DNA of 64,000 nt from Geosiphon pyriformis uo1 (GCA_016748015.1 JAAOMT010000706.1:172764-236763); one strand, 5' to 3'. Positions 27,890 through 43,400 are shown, counted from the stretch's first letter. Notes: generated by a model from the letters alone, not told the origin. Program-made: numbers and translations.

Positions 27890-28602
27890 TGTTACAAGTT
27901 AGAATAACAAGCTAATGAATAGCAAGGAAGAACAGGATTGTAGGGTAATAAAAGAAATCAAAGAGAATTCAACTTTAAAGAGCAAATTGAATGAGTATGA
28001 ATTCAATATACAAGATCAGTCTTATAAAATATCTCAGTTACTATACTTTTCAAAAAATAACCAAAGAATTTGAAGATAGAGAGATAGTCTGTATTGTTAA
28101 CAAATGATTACATACTGATATAATTCTATGCCTTATATTGGCACTTTTAGAATTTAATATTAGATATCAAATGTATTCTTCAGTCACGTTTTATTCAATA
28201 ATTTTTAAATACTATAATTACACATTTTAGAAAAAAATAGGGAATAACCAACAAGTAATCTTTTATTCCAAGATGTTTAGATACTTGAAAAAAAAAAAAA
28301 AGAAATTAGCAATAAAAGAAGAATTAAGATGAAATTGTTATTTTATTTATTTTCTTTCTTTAATTCTTATATGCTTTTCTACAGCTAAGAGATTCATTAC
28401 TTATATAGCTATCAAAAGTAGTCAATGATCAAGTTAATGATCAGATTATTGATTAAGTTAATAATCAGGTTAATGATCAGATTAATGGTTAGATTAATAA
28501 TTAGGTTAATGATTACTATCTAAAAATAGAATGGCTAATTATGTAATATCAGTGGCTAATACATGTGATAATTAATAAGAGGTATAAGTTTTAATCATAA
28601 CA
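27890..28602 (-). repeat. 5' LTR of family C
   Basis: TGTTAC...ATAACA. Followed on the minus strand by the PBS. Confidence 0.92.
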
Positions 28603-30443
28603 ATATTATTTAATTGCTTTCTTAATAGATATATTTTCAAATACTTTTGACTTATAATACTTAACTTTCTATATTTTTTCTTGATAATTAATAAATATTT
28701 AATAATATCTATTATTTTTACACTATCTTAAATCATACTGGTAATCTTAAAAGCTTTAACACTATTAACAGTCAACCAAATTTTAACAAAACACTTAAAT
28801 TCTAAAAGATTTTTTGAGTTTAACTTCTTAACAATCTTAATAATAAGTAGTTTTAATTTAAAGAATCTTAACAACTGCTTATTTCTTAAACAATTATATT
28901 TAATATACTAATATTTAGAAAACATTATATTAGTAAAGTATATTAAAATTTTTTTTAATATCTTTTATATTGTATTTAAGTTACTAAAATTTTTTATTTT
29001 CTTAAATATATTTAATATTACTAATAGTTTAGCAAAAAAATACTCCTTAAAGTATGTTTATTTGATCTTATTAATATTTTTTATCTTGAACTTCCATTAG
29101 TTTTTATTGGTTTGCTTATAAATATTATTAAAATAAGCATTTAAAAAACTATTTAAATTGATTATAACTAAGACTGTTTTGTAATTTGTATTAAAAAACT
29201 TAGATATGCTGTCAATTTTGTGATTTGTAATTGCAAGTGCCAGATTTTTATTTACAAAAATATAATCTATAATCTTTTTAATGCCTTTAAAATTTCTTTA
29301 ATATATAAGCTTTAATCATTATATGTCTATTAAATGAATTGACCAAACTTAAATTCAAATAAAACTTGAAATTTGCACTCTTTTTGAAATTATTCTTATT
29401 GAAATTCTTACCTAAAACCACAAAAGTGTTAGAATTAATTGATTTGACAATAAAAAAAACTAATTACTAATATCTGCTCAAATTTAATTTCAATAAAAAC
29501 ACCAGTATACAAATCTAAAATTACAATTAAAATTTTATTCTTAAACAAAAAATAAATTAAAATAACTTTATTCAGAATTTATCAATCTTTAAAACATAAT
29601 AAGCCAAAAAATTGTTCATAATAATTATTATATTAATATTAAAAAACTTTTTATCCAATCCAGATGTAAAAATTTGAATTTTATCAAACTTATTTATAAT
29701 CTATAATTTGATACTAAATTTTAATTTAGTTTCTATAATAATAAAAATCATATTATTTAAATTCATATATCAATAAACAACATCTTTTTGTTTTGTAAAA
29801 ACATTAATATTTCTAATATTACATGTAACAATTTTCTAAACAAGATTAATTATTGGTGAAAAAAAACATTTAAATTCAAACCAATATTCTTTATTTTGGC
29901 CAACAGATTCAAAATTAAATCTAACAAATTGTTTATCTTATTTTTCAACTTAGAAATAACTAATAAATTAAAAAATACTGCTTTTGTAATAATCTTACTA
30001 TTAATAACTACAACTGAATTCTTATTTATTACTATATTTGCTTTTTAATTCTGTGATAAAAGATTTATTAATAGTTAACATTCAGAGCTAGACTAAAAAA
30101 CCATTGGTTTAAATGTGTTTAATCTTTTAATTAACTTATCAACTTGCTCTATAAAATTAGTAAAACTGTATTTATAAACAGTAAATCTATCATTTATATT
30201 TATTGTAATTAATAGAAAAGACTTTATTTTTGGAAAAAAACCAATCTTCAAAAAACTATTTCACACAGAAAAATAAAAAATAAAGAACTATTAACAATTC
30301 AAGTTCAAGTTTTATTATTAAAAAAGACTGAACAAACAATTAGTATTTGTTTTTTATATATATATTAGCTAATTACATCTTATTTTAAGAGAAAATTAAC
30401 TTTTTATTATAATTACTCTAATTTTTACTATTAAAACACATAC

Positions 30444-31491
30444 AAGTAGATGCTTTTACTAATGCTACATCTGTTTTTAATTGGTATTTTTTATTTATTT
30501 AAAGGAGCATTACATTTTGGCAGACAGTAGTATGGTTTCTGGTAATTCTAGATATTTTATTCATGAGGTTTTTTGGTCTGTTTACTGTACATATTGAAAA
30601 GTTGGTTTTGGTTCTAAGGTCCTGCTTAATAGTCTGTTTTTGGATATTAACTGGCTTGGTTTGTTTTTGGTATGATATCTTGACTTATACATAACTGCTG
30701 GTTTTATTAGTAAACTTTTTGCTAATGTTTGTACTTATTTTATGAAGGTTTTATATCATCAGCTACCCATTGTTGTTTGTAAATACTTATATAACAAGTG
30801 CTACTCTAGTGTATTATGCTTGTACTATAATAATATTAAAGTCTCAGACCATGTTTTTTTTGTGTAATTAATGAGTCTGTTTGCTGTTAATTGTTAAAGA
30901 CCTATATGACTGCATAAAAAAAGCTTTTTGGTGTTCCTTGTTTCACTTTATATGTATCTTAGCTGTTGTTGTTATGTGCTTCTAATGTTGTAGTATGTGC
31001 AGCTTTTTGTAAAGACTTTGTTTTTAATGATTGGTGTCAAAAAACTGTTTTCATTCTTGAGGATTCCAAGGTTGCTAGTCATATGGTTGTGAATTTTGTG
31101 TAGAGTTTCTGTTTAGTTTTTAGAAATAAAATTTTGATTGGCCCATGCTAAATATCATGCCTTTATAGAAAAAAATGGACTAATTCCATGAGATGATTTG
31201 GCTTCTACTTTAATTTTTAGAATGTTTTTGGTGTTTTTTACTAGTGTATTTAAATTGCTTAGTGTTATTGAAGCATTTGGTATTAGTTTTAGAATGCATA
31301 AGCTTTGTTTATTTTTTACAAGAATAAGAAACACAGTTTTGATTTGTATAGATACATAGTATTGTTCTAATTGGCTTAAGTAGCTGGTTATGTATAAAAA
31401 AAGCATGATTTACACCTAGTTTAGATTATTTATATGATGTATTGTACTAAGTAGTGTTTGGATTTTATTTGTAAAACTAATAAAATAAAAA
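30444..31491 (+). mobile_element. 5'-truncated LINE copy inserted antisense into ORF1 of the older LINE
   Basis: ORF2 C-terminus, 3' UTR and A-tail. TSD aaaacacatac at 30433-30443 and 31492-31502. Confidence 0.85.
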
Positions 31492-33202
31492 AAAACACAT
31501 ACTAAAAACATGACCAAATTGTTTACACTAAGCACAAACAACTAATAATAAGCCAATTTAACACAAATTTACACTTTTAAAAACCAAAATAAAACTAATA
31601 ATAGCTTTTTTTAATGTTTTATTAGTAAAACAAACAATTATACAATTATTACACTTATATATACTTGGTTTATAGCCAATAAAACAAGTTTTTTATTATA
31701 TAATATTAATATTTTAGAGAAATTATAAGCAGTAGTGCCAATTAATAAAGTATATAGCAAAAATTAATGTTAATTTTTAGATATCTATATTTGTTTATTA
31801 TTAATAGCTTTAATTATATATATAAATTCTTTTTTTATAAGCATTAACTATTTAGTTGTAATTAAATTAACAATATTAACAGATTTAAACTTAATCCAAA
31901 CTTTTTGTCAAAGACCAATAAACTGTATTTTAATAGACACAATTTTATTAAACTTAAAAAACACTAATTTTACAGTTAATTTTAAAAGATCAAACAATTT
32001 TTTTTTGACTATTACTTTTAGATCTATATGACTATTTATTTTTTTAATGTTATTTATTTCTTCAATTTCTAATTTTAAATCATCAATGGTAATTTCAGCT
32101 AAAATAAAATGGTCTACAAAAGCTTCTATAAATTTTTCATAATTAGCAGATTGTAAAATAGCTCATAGATTAATTAACTTTATTGTTTAGTTAAAAAAAT
32201 TATTGACCAAAATTTTCATACAAATTGTTATATTTCTGGTTTTTTTTAAATTCAATTCTAATATAAAAGTTGATTTAATAATTTCAAAAAATTTAAAGAA
32301 GTTAAGACTCTCTTAAAACCATCAACATAATAGAAATTTTTTTTATAGCCATCAATTTATTACCAGAAATTTTTTCAAATATAACAGAAAATTCAATATT
32401 CAATACAAAAAATTTTATTGCATCAAAATTTCTAATTTTTTTGCTTTACAATTTTGAAGATCTATTAAACTAAAGAATTAAAAGCACTAACATGTTATTA
32501 TTATTACTTATTTTATTAAAAAAAAGTTTATTTAATAATTAATTTAACACATATATCCTAATACATATTATTTTTAAAAAAATATTATCTAATATATTAT
32601 TAGTTTTTAAAGTATTTAAATTAATATAACTTGTCTTTTTTATAATCATGTTTTTTATATTTTTTATGTTTAATATCTTGCTAATATTAGTCTTTTTATT
32701 ATTTATTTTATTACTTTAAAATTTTTTGTAATTATTGTTATTAGTTTGCAAATTACTACCAAAAAAAGAATTAACAAATAAATTTATTATATTACTGGTG
32801 ATTTTAAGCTTTTTTGGCTTTTTATACAAAACACTATAAGAGTAAATACTCTTAACACACTTTTTTTTAGTGTCAAAGTAAGTTTTTAAACCAGCTAAAC
32901 CAAAACCAAAACCATTAATAGAAAAGCTTACTGGTTCTATTACAACAAAAAAAAGTGTGTTAAAAGAAATAATTAAAAAAGAAAAGAGAAAAAAAGTAAG
33001 AAAAACTATTCTTTTAACAACTTTATGTTTTTATTATGATTAAAAGATTAATAAAAGAAAGAGTTTTTTTTTGTATTATATTATAAATACTTATTAATGT
33101 TTTTTTAATGAATTTAATATTTTTTATAATTTAATCTTAAAGTTTATAGTATAATTTTATTTAATTTAAATAATTAAATACATATATATATATATATTAT
33201 TA

Positions 33203-33790
33203 TTTTTTTTTTATTGAAGTTTTATGAGTACAGCCCAACTATTACCTAAGTACATAAAATCAAATAAGATTCTAAATTAAGTATGGTTCATGTTTTTTTT
33301 ATATGTGACTACTATTTGAATCAATCAAGATAACACTATATATCCAAAACACCTATTACAGAGAAATCACACAAAAAACCAAAATACATGTTTACTAAAC
33401 AAGATATAAACTAAAACAAACATAAATGTTCAGCTTAAAGCCAAACTTATGAATCATCTTATAAAACTACAAGAATACTAAACCAGAAATAACTGAAATC
33501 ACAGATTTATCTCTTGGCAGAAAATCTTGTCTTTTGTAATATACCCTTAATTTGGCAGTTAGCATTCAGATGGCAAATTTATGACTCTTAGCAAAACTTT
33601 GAACCAAATTGATAACCATTAAACTGTTATTAAATCCAGGGTCCAACAATTTTACCATGTTAATTATTTATTTTTTCATTATAAAACCTTTGACCAAAGC
33701 CATATACAGATAACCAAAAGATTCAGTTTTATACAATAACTGAATTACTACACAGCTAGCATTATAATGTCTAGTAAGTTAGTCCAAGCC
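33203..33790 (-). mobile_element. 3' fragment of a second LINE subfamily
   Basis: T-run at about 33203-33212. Shared 3' UTR. ORF2 end (SHKFAI..AKLRVYY) matching 46623-46895. Confidence 0.75.
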
Positions 33791-34417
33791 TTAATTATAA
33801 CAGAAATATATTATAAATAAATAAATAATAATTAAATTATATATTAATAAAGTATTTAAAAAACTTTTAAAAATTAAAAGTTATAGTATTTATAAAAAAA
33901 GTTTAAATTGTGATTTTTTTATGTTAATATTAAATCAAAATAAAGATATTTTAAATTATTAAAATTAAATAAACTATAATATTTATTTTTAAATTTTAAA
34001 TTGACATAATATAAAAAATTATTATAAAATGGTTTTTAATTAATTTTATAATGTGAATAATCATTACATGAATTGCAATTAAATAAGTAATTGTTTTTAA
34101 TTATATTATTTCAAAAAATCATATATTGTAAGCAAATTTAGTGATATTTTTATTTATTTATTGAAATTTAATAATGTATTTATATGACCCAAGAAAAATA
34201 AAATTTACACATTTTGGTTTGTAAATCTCATTTTTAAATCTTTTGTTTAAAATACAATGGGAAAAAATATTTGGAATTTTATTGTAACTAAAGCAGTGCT
34301 CTGGTTAAAAAGTTAAGCTTAAAGAGTACTGTGTAACTACTATCATAATTTTTTTCCGCCTTGTAATATTTACATTTTCGGGAGATTGGCATTCTTGATG
34401 TGCAGAAGTGTTGTGAA

Positions 34418-35458
34418 ATGACAAAAAATACACCGGTACCCGTAGTCGAATTAACGCCAAATCCAACCTTCGACTTGAAAATTGCCGAGGATTATTCTTC
34501 TCGACATACTCAATATCCCCATATTAACGACCCAATGTTTGTGCCCCGACGGAAAGCTATCCATAACTTTTATGAGTTTGTAAGTCTTACGCTATTCTTA
34601 ATTTAGTAGCTAAATATACTTTTCTGTGACGAATTTTGCAAGAATGAATCTTTTTCTTTCCCACATCAATAGCAAAAAAAGTGCCTGGAACTTTCAGCTG
34701 ACTATTATCAGGGAATCGCAAATCTTCTTCGGGAAACAGATGTATCTCTCTTCTTTTCGCCTACCAATCAGGGGGAATCGCTCTCCTTCATCAACGAAAC
34801 TAATCATATGATACTGAGCAACATGATAAATACAAATCCGAGCGAAGCAGGGGGCGGTGGTGGTGGTGGTGGCGGCACCGTAACGGCTGGCTTTGCTGAA
34901 CCAATTTCCAATAAAAATAAGAGAAAGGAAAGAGAGTTCGAAAGTGAGGACAGTGATGGATCTGAAAATAAGAAATCAACAAGAAACAGACGAGCACCAC
35001 GACAGCTTTGGACAGAGGAGGAGGTTGAGAAGTTGAAGAATGCCCACGATAAACACAACGGCGATTGGGAATTAGTTATCAAGGAGTTTGAACCAGAAAG
35101 AACCAGGTGAAGCCTTTTAAAATATTTCTTCTCATTAAACTACGGAAATACATCGTTTTCAACAAAAACATTTTGATACATTTTCAGGATTCAAATTTTC
35201 CAAAAAGCACGGCAAATTGGACTTCGAGCAGTTGAATCTGGAAGATTAATTGATCCCGTAAAACCAACCGGGGCCTCACAAGACAAAGGGGAAAGACCAC
35301 AAAGTGAAAATGATGGGATAGAATTTGAAAATCCTCCTCAAGGTTCCGAACATTTTGGTACCAGTGGTGGTATTCAAGATGCTAATTGGCCAGAGGAAGA
35401 CGGGGCTGATGGGCAAGACGAAGATGGCAACAGTGTTAGTGGGGAGGAAGATGAATAA
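34418..35458 (+). CDS. Single Myb/SANT-domain protein, about 288 aa; exons 34418-34579, 34673-35106, 35188-35458
   Basis: GT..AG introns keep the frame. WTEEEVEKLKNAHDKHNGDWELVIKEFEPERTRIQIFQKAR is a Myb/SANT repeat. Basic NLS-like stretch, Gly run and acidic tail. Confidence 0.85.
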
Positions 35459-36000
35459 TAGTACGAAACCGTTGGATTTTTTGTTCCTCATTACCTACCC
35501 TCTCATACCTCATTATATAAAATAGTAGCTTGTGTTTCTTCAGCTTCATTATATCAACACTCTTCTCTTGACTTTTTTTTCCTATAAAATTTTTGTTAAT
35601 TGCAAATCATCCCCCACCTAAAATTGAGCCCTTTACTTTTCTTTCGTTAGAAGCTTGATTTCGATACAAATTCTTGGTTTTTAGGCCTACAACTCGTTAA
35701 TTTCCTTTCGATGTATATAGATTGTCCAGTTTTTTCACACATGAATTACTTCAACATCGATTCTATATTGTCCAAAATGAGATTTATCAAATATTTCTCA
35801 TTCGACTTAAGATAATTACTTTATTAGATAGATAAGTACTCATTCATCTGACAATTTCTCAATTGTGTTCAAGCCAAGTAAATCAAATCAAAATTTTCGG
35901 TTTTCCCATCATATAGTTACTCTGAATAAAAAATCGGATATGAACCAAGTAGAATTCGAATTCACAGACAAAATCAAAAGTCGGCTGTTATTTTCATAGC

Positions 36001-36093
36001 ATGACTCATTATCGCGTTGTCTCCCAAAGGCTAGCCAAATTCTGCATTTACCCGTTACAAATTTATTATTTACGTGCAGGCTTGCCCGTTACA
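36001..36093 (+). promoter_or_regulatory. Candidate upstream motifs of the kinase gene (ATGACTCAT; TTACCCG; duplicated CCCGTTACA)
   Basis: Exact Gcn4/AP-1 consensus at 36001-36009, Reb1-type TTACCCG at 36048-36054, and CCCGTTACA twice. Function untested. Confidence 0.3.
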
Positions 36094-36231
36094 GGAAGAT
36101 CCAAAATCTGGTTTTGAAAATGCATTCTGTATTACATTGCAATCTCCCAATTTATTTCATTTTTCAATTTATCAACCATAAAACGTATTCTTTGGCTTTA
36201 TTTTTTCAATCTTTCGTTTCTCAGTTCCTAG

Positions 36232-38295
<2,064 letters not shown>

Positions 38296-38865
38296 TTGGT
38301 ATTCCAATTGGTGCGGGAGGAACTAGTTCATGGACGCCCATTTCGGAGCCCAATTTGAAATTGGAACTCATCAATGGAGATAAATGAATTTGATCAACTG
38401 TTTGCAGGCTCCTTTTTCATTGGAAAGTACGCTTTCGTAGTTTTTTCAATAACCCCCTATAGACATAATTTTTCCACCAGATTGGAATCATTTAGTTAGC
38501 GCCCTAATATTGGATTTATTGAATGTATGAGTAGAACTTTTTTGGATCGGAATATTTATATTTTTGATTTTGGATAGATTAAGGTGAGATTTTAATTAGC
38601 ATGCAGCATTAATCAAAAGAAATTTGACCAGTATTTTGAAACACTAAGGCTTCAAAATATATGCATAATAATAAAGAAATTACTCGAATTATTTTGAACA
38701 CATTAATTTTGCGTTGATTTCTTAATTCCGAGCATGCTTAATATTCCAAACATTTGATGGATATAAACAATGCAATCGAAACAGATTTTTTCACATAGAT
38801 TGAGATACAACCATTTGTTCCAATCTTCCCCTATGCAGCTGCAACCTCCCTTCTATTATTTATAA

Positions 38866-39608
38866 TTAGTCTACTACCATAGTCGTGGTGATTCTTTTCT
38901 TAGCAATGGTGCCTGAAAAATGTGTAAGTGATATAAGTTTTTGGGATTCAATAATTTCCAAGGTGAAGTCAGATAGTTGTAATACAAATATTAATCGGTA
39001 AGAATTAGCGCTTACCCTCACGGAATGCGTTTTTAAAGCGACGGGGCAAATGTCTCAAGTATCGCATGCGACCAGTCCCAGTGGTTTTTCTGCGTTTACC
39101 TTTTTCACTCCAATTATCTAAAGTTTTTTTTGATATGCCAACCACAGGCTTAGAAATGAAAGTCAGATATTCACTAGCAATAAAAAAATCATGGGAAATA
39201 CAAACAGCTCCTGGTTTTTGCTGAAGGATACCCGCATTGGGCACACGTTTTCTTTTGATTGTGAAAGGCACGCCTGCCACAACGGCGGCACAAAGTATGG
39301 GTTTTTGTGTGGCGTTTACCGAAACTTGAGGTGCCCTTCGTCTATGAGGGTTGACCAAAGTAAATTAGAAATTTTTTCGGCATTTTAATTTTGAAGACCG
39401 AAGAGTTTTGATGTGTTAAACATCAGAAAAATGAAAAACTGCTTTTTCCATAATCTAATCAAACAAAATTTAGAATGAGAACTTCTCATTTTTTTGGCCA
39501 ACAAGCCCAAAAAAACCAAGATTCTGTTTATTTTGACTTTCGAGTAACAAATTTAAACTGATGGATAGAGAAACAATGGATATTAGGACAAAAGGAAGCA
39601 CATACCAT
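38866..39608 (-). CDS. RPL37: 60S ribosomal protein eL37, 95 aa; exons 39608-39606, 39341-39206, 39117-39016, 38912-38866
   Basis: [68 protein letters not shown]4 zinc finger; ATG-only first exon. Confidence 0.97.
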
Positions 39609-40435
39609 GATGTTTCAAAGGAGGCCTTGTGTAGAAGAATGCTTTTTTAAAATCCACATATCAGCAGAATTCGTTTATTGGGCCTGTTTATAGACCCTAA
39701 ATTTATTTTTGTTACACTAGATCAAATATTCACCCCCAATTAGAGCAATGTTCTATATGTCAATTTTGGATAATGGTATTCGCTGCTAAAAAATTTGGGG
39801 TACACCTCTTTAATGTATTAAAAAGAAAAAAAAAGCATGATAACAAAATTTTTTCAGCTATAAAAATTTGAACCAAAATAAAAGTAACACATGTTAATAA
39901 ATTAAACCATTCTCTAAGGTTTAAACCAACCTAAATATTTATTTTTTTATTAAAATAATAATTATTTAAACAATAGTATATAAAAACAATAAAATAGTTA
40001 TTAATAAGTTAAAGACTAACAAAACTAAAATTCATATTTTGTTGTTGTTAATAAGTTTAATTATAAATCAAATTTAAGATAATTAAATAATTGATGACTA
40101 TATTAAGCTAAATTATTATTATTTTATTATTTTTTGGTTTTGTTAAATGTTTTAATAACTACTAATTTGAAACATATTATTAAAATTAAAATTAAAAATA
40201 ATTGTTGATAATTAATATTTTTTCTATATTAAAATGTTTAAAATTTTTGTTATAAACATTAAAATATTAATTAATAACTTTAAATAAATAATTATTAAAC
40301 TAAGTAATAATTATATATTTTTATTTATCTAATAATAAAATAATAATTTTTTTTTTGTATTTTTATAATTATAATCAAAACAAAAAATAAAAAGTTGTAA
40401 TTTTTTTATTTTTTAAAACATTTAATAATATTTTT

Positions 40436-43400
40436 ATTAATATTCCTGCCAAGCAGGAAGATGTTGTTTGTTGGCACATAAAGTCTAAAAATATGGTTTC
40501 TATTGTTACAAAAACAAAGTTAAGGCCTAATACAAGACCATAAATCATGAACAGATTTGATAAAATGAGAATATTCTCTTTTGGTTTGGACAAAAAATTT
40601 CTTGGTACTGGGATGGCAATTATTTTGAATGATTCTTTTACATATCATGTTGCAAAGATTGAGGAAGTTTTTGGTTATCTTATTTCTATTAAACTTCTTT
40701 TTAAGGGCAAGCTGTCAGTAACAATCTTAGATCTGTATACTAGAGCTTCTGTTGAGACCAGATTTGGTCAGTCCTTTGTAATCAATTTTTTTATTGCTAA
40801 GACTGTTAATTCCTTTACATTTGTAGTACTGAGTAAAAATTTCAATAAGAATGAGTCTAGAAAAAGTGCAAGTTTTAAGTTTTGCTTAGAGTTGGGTTTG
40901 GTTAATGCTTTTAATGGACATTCACTGGTTAATGCTCCTACTTGGGACAACTCAAGAGGTGTCATGAAAGTTATTAATTATATTTTTGTGAGTAAGAGTT
41001 TGTCATCTGCAGTGGCTGGTTACAAGGTCATTTCTGCTTTGAATTTCTTTAATACTGATCATAATGCTATTGTGGTGTTTATTGGTTTGGGTGGGCTCTT
41101 AAATATTTAGTTAAATAACTTACAAAAACAGGCTAACAGGGATTGTTGGAAGTTTAAAATCAAAGATGCAAATAATGCAAAGTGGTTACATTATAAGGAT
41201 TGTTTCTCTGCCAGACTTTTGGGAGTAAAAAATAAATTTTTTGCTGCTGTTGCATATAATAATTTGGACTCTATGTGGTTGGTACTAGAAGAGATAATGG
41301 TGGAATCTGCAGATGAAATTTTCTCTAAACATTGGTTCAGTAAATTTTAGTGTTCAAAAAATAAACAGTTCTCTAAATCTTTGGGGCTTGAGTTGCTGGT
41401 TGCAAAAATTGTCAAAAGATTAAATTTGGCCAACATCCTTGGTTTCAATAATCTTGTGAAAAGGTGGTCAACATTAGATGCTAATAAGACTCTCATTGTT
41501 ACTTGCATGGTTTAAAACAGCACAAAACAGATGAATATTCTCAAATATTTATCTCTTGTTAAAAAAAAATATAAGAAATCCAAGATGTATGAGTCAAAAT
41601 TGGTTGAGAAGGCATCAATCAAGAATGCAATTGAAAAATGCATGGAGAAGTTTTGTCTAAACAAAGATGGCATAATTAGAAGTGTTTTGGATTATCCATT
41701 TTACAAGGTGGTATTGGACCACTTGGTGATAAATGATGAGTTGGTTTTGGAACCAGAAAAAGTAAAATCAGGTGTAGATAAAATCATGAAGAGTTGGATG
41801 AGAAAATATGCAGTGCTTCCGATGTTGTTTAATCTGTGGGCTTACCAGTATGTACTATTGGGCTATGTTAGGGATAATGTCTTCTTTGGTGTGATGTGTG
41901 CAATTAACATAAGTGAATTGGTCCTGGTCATTGGTAGTCTGCCTGATGACAAGACAGCTGGCCTGTCAGGCATTCCCAATAAATTATAAAAGCATAGTAG
42001 TAAGGAGATTTTAAAATATTTATTGGTGCTGTTGAATGTGTGTTTGACTATTGGTAGTGTGTCTACTTTGTGAAAGAAAGCATGGGTTTCAATGATTTCT
42101 AAGCCATATGACTGGGATGACATTCTTACAAACACTTGACCAATAGCATTGATTGAAACTGCTAGAAAAATTCTGTCTAAGATTCTGTCTGATTATATCT
42201 CATTGGCATATAACAAGTTCAATGTTCTTCAGGGCGACTTTTTGGTGCTAAAGAGTACGTCCACATAGTCTCTGGTGTTTGCCATCGGGTCAATAATTGA
42301 GGATGCTTTTGAGAAGAATAGAGAAATCTGGTTGGTTCTGTAGAACATGCAGAAAGCATATAATTCTGTTGAGTGGCATTACCTAAAAGCTAGCTTGTGG
42401 CATATTAAAATGTGTAGCAGATTTATTGAGTTCTTTGGGAATATACATGAGGATAGAATCAATAGAGTTATGACTGATTTTGGTCTGTTGGATAACTACA
42501 GAGTCCATAATAAGTTGAATCAAGGTAAGGTCTTCTCACCCCTTTTGTGGAGAATCTTTTACAATTCACTCTTGTGTGAGGTTAAATGACATAAGCAATT
42601 GTGTAGGTACAAGATCAATACTAAATTTGTTTTTAAGACAGGTAGAATTGAGAGTGGTAGTGGAATGACATCTTATTTTGCGGCTGGCGCATTTGTTGAT
42701 AATACTATTTGGGTTGGAAATTGTCAGGTCTCTATTCAGTATGCTTTGAACATTGCTAGTGAGTTTTTTGTGATTAATAATATTTTTATCAACAGTAAAA
42801 AGACAGTAGCTATTCCCATCAAACAGGGTGTTAGAGTAGCTTCTTTGAGTATTTGTGGACAGCCAATTTCAATAGCCAAAAAAGATGAGACACATCATTA
42901 CTTAGGAATCTTTTTGTCTACAAAGGGATTATCCAAGTCTAGTGTCACCAAAGCCCATTCTGACATTCATTTCTTCACCAATGTTTTGCTCAAGAAGGCT
43001 GTTATGGATAAGCAGTTCTCATATTTGGTTTTGGCTGTCTTGCAGCCTATAATTGGCTACCAAACTCAGTTTAGTTTTGTTTCGTTAAATGTTTGTCACA
43101 AATAGGACATTATAATTAGGAAGGGTCTCAAGTTTAAAGCATATTTATTGCATAACCTTCTTAATGAAGCTTTGTACTACCCATTTTTGTATGATTTAAA
43201 GTCGTTTGGACAAGTTCAGGCTGAGAATAAATTGGCTGCTGTGATCTCATTTTTTAATGTTCATAAAATTCTTGGTTGTTTGTTTTATCATTGGTTCTTG
43301 GATTTACAAGTTTTAGGTTGAGCTCTTTTGAATCCTTTGCAGTTTTCTGTTAGATTGCATGTTAGCCCAGTGAACAATTTTTTGGCTGGTGTAATTAGAA

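Larger units (their letters stand above)
20909..28602 (-). mobile_element. Structurally complete Ty3/Gypsy element, family C (7.7 kb; no dUTPase seen)
   Basis: LTRs 20909-21574 and 27890-28602 with TG...CA ends. 4-bp TSD atgt/atat. PBS 27866-27883 and PPT next to 21575. Gag CCHC (CYYCGLTEHFSRD), PR, RT, RH, INT (CNICQR, HLQTNG) and GPF/Y remnants. Confidence 0.93.
17750..33060 (-). mobile_element. Old, heavily AT-decayed LINE of the same superfamily, interrupted by Gypsy C (20909-28602) and a LINE fragment (30444-31491)
   Basis: Colinear with 10900-17400 when C/G are read as T/A (e.g. ORF 19536-19721 MLIISGLPILITKKDKLYRYLEIFL). Zinc-knuckle remnant at about 31496-31540. Confidence 0.8.

Noticed and set aside
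28421-28518. Short periodic repeats (also 63236-63350) as CRISPR-like arrays
   Set aside because: Eukaryotic LTR context, no unique spacers of CRISPR length, and no cas genes.
33181-33197. (AT)n microsatellite
   Set aside because: Short and unremarkable in this base composition.
33840-33858. 19-nt match tatattaataaagtattta with about 45219-45237
   Set aside because: Low-complexity AT sequence; not enough to call a repeat or TSD.
39005-39358. 117-aa ORF from the ORF track
   Set aside because: An artefact of reading through RPL37 introns; the real gene is spliced.
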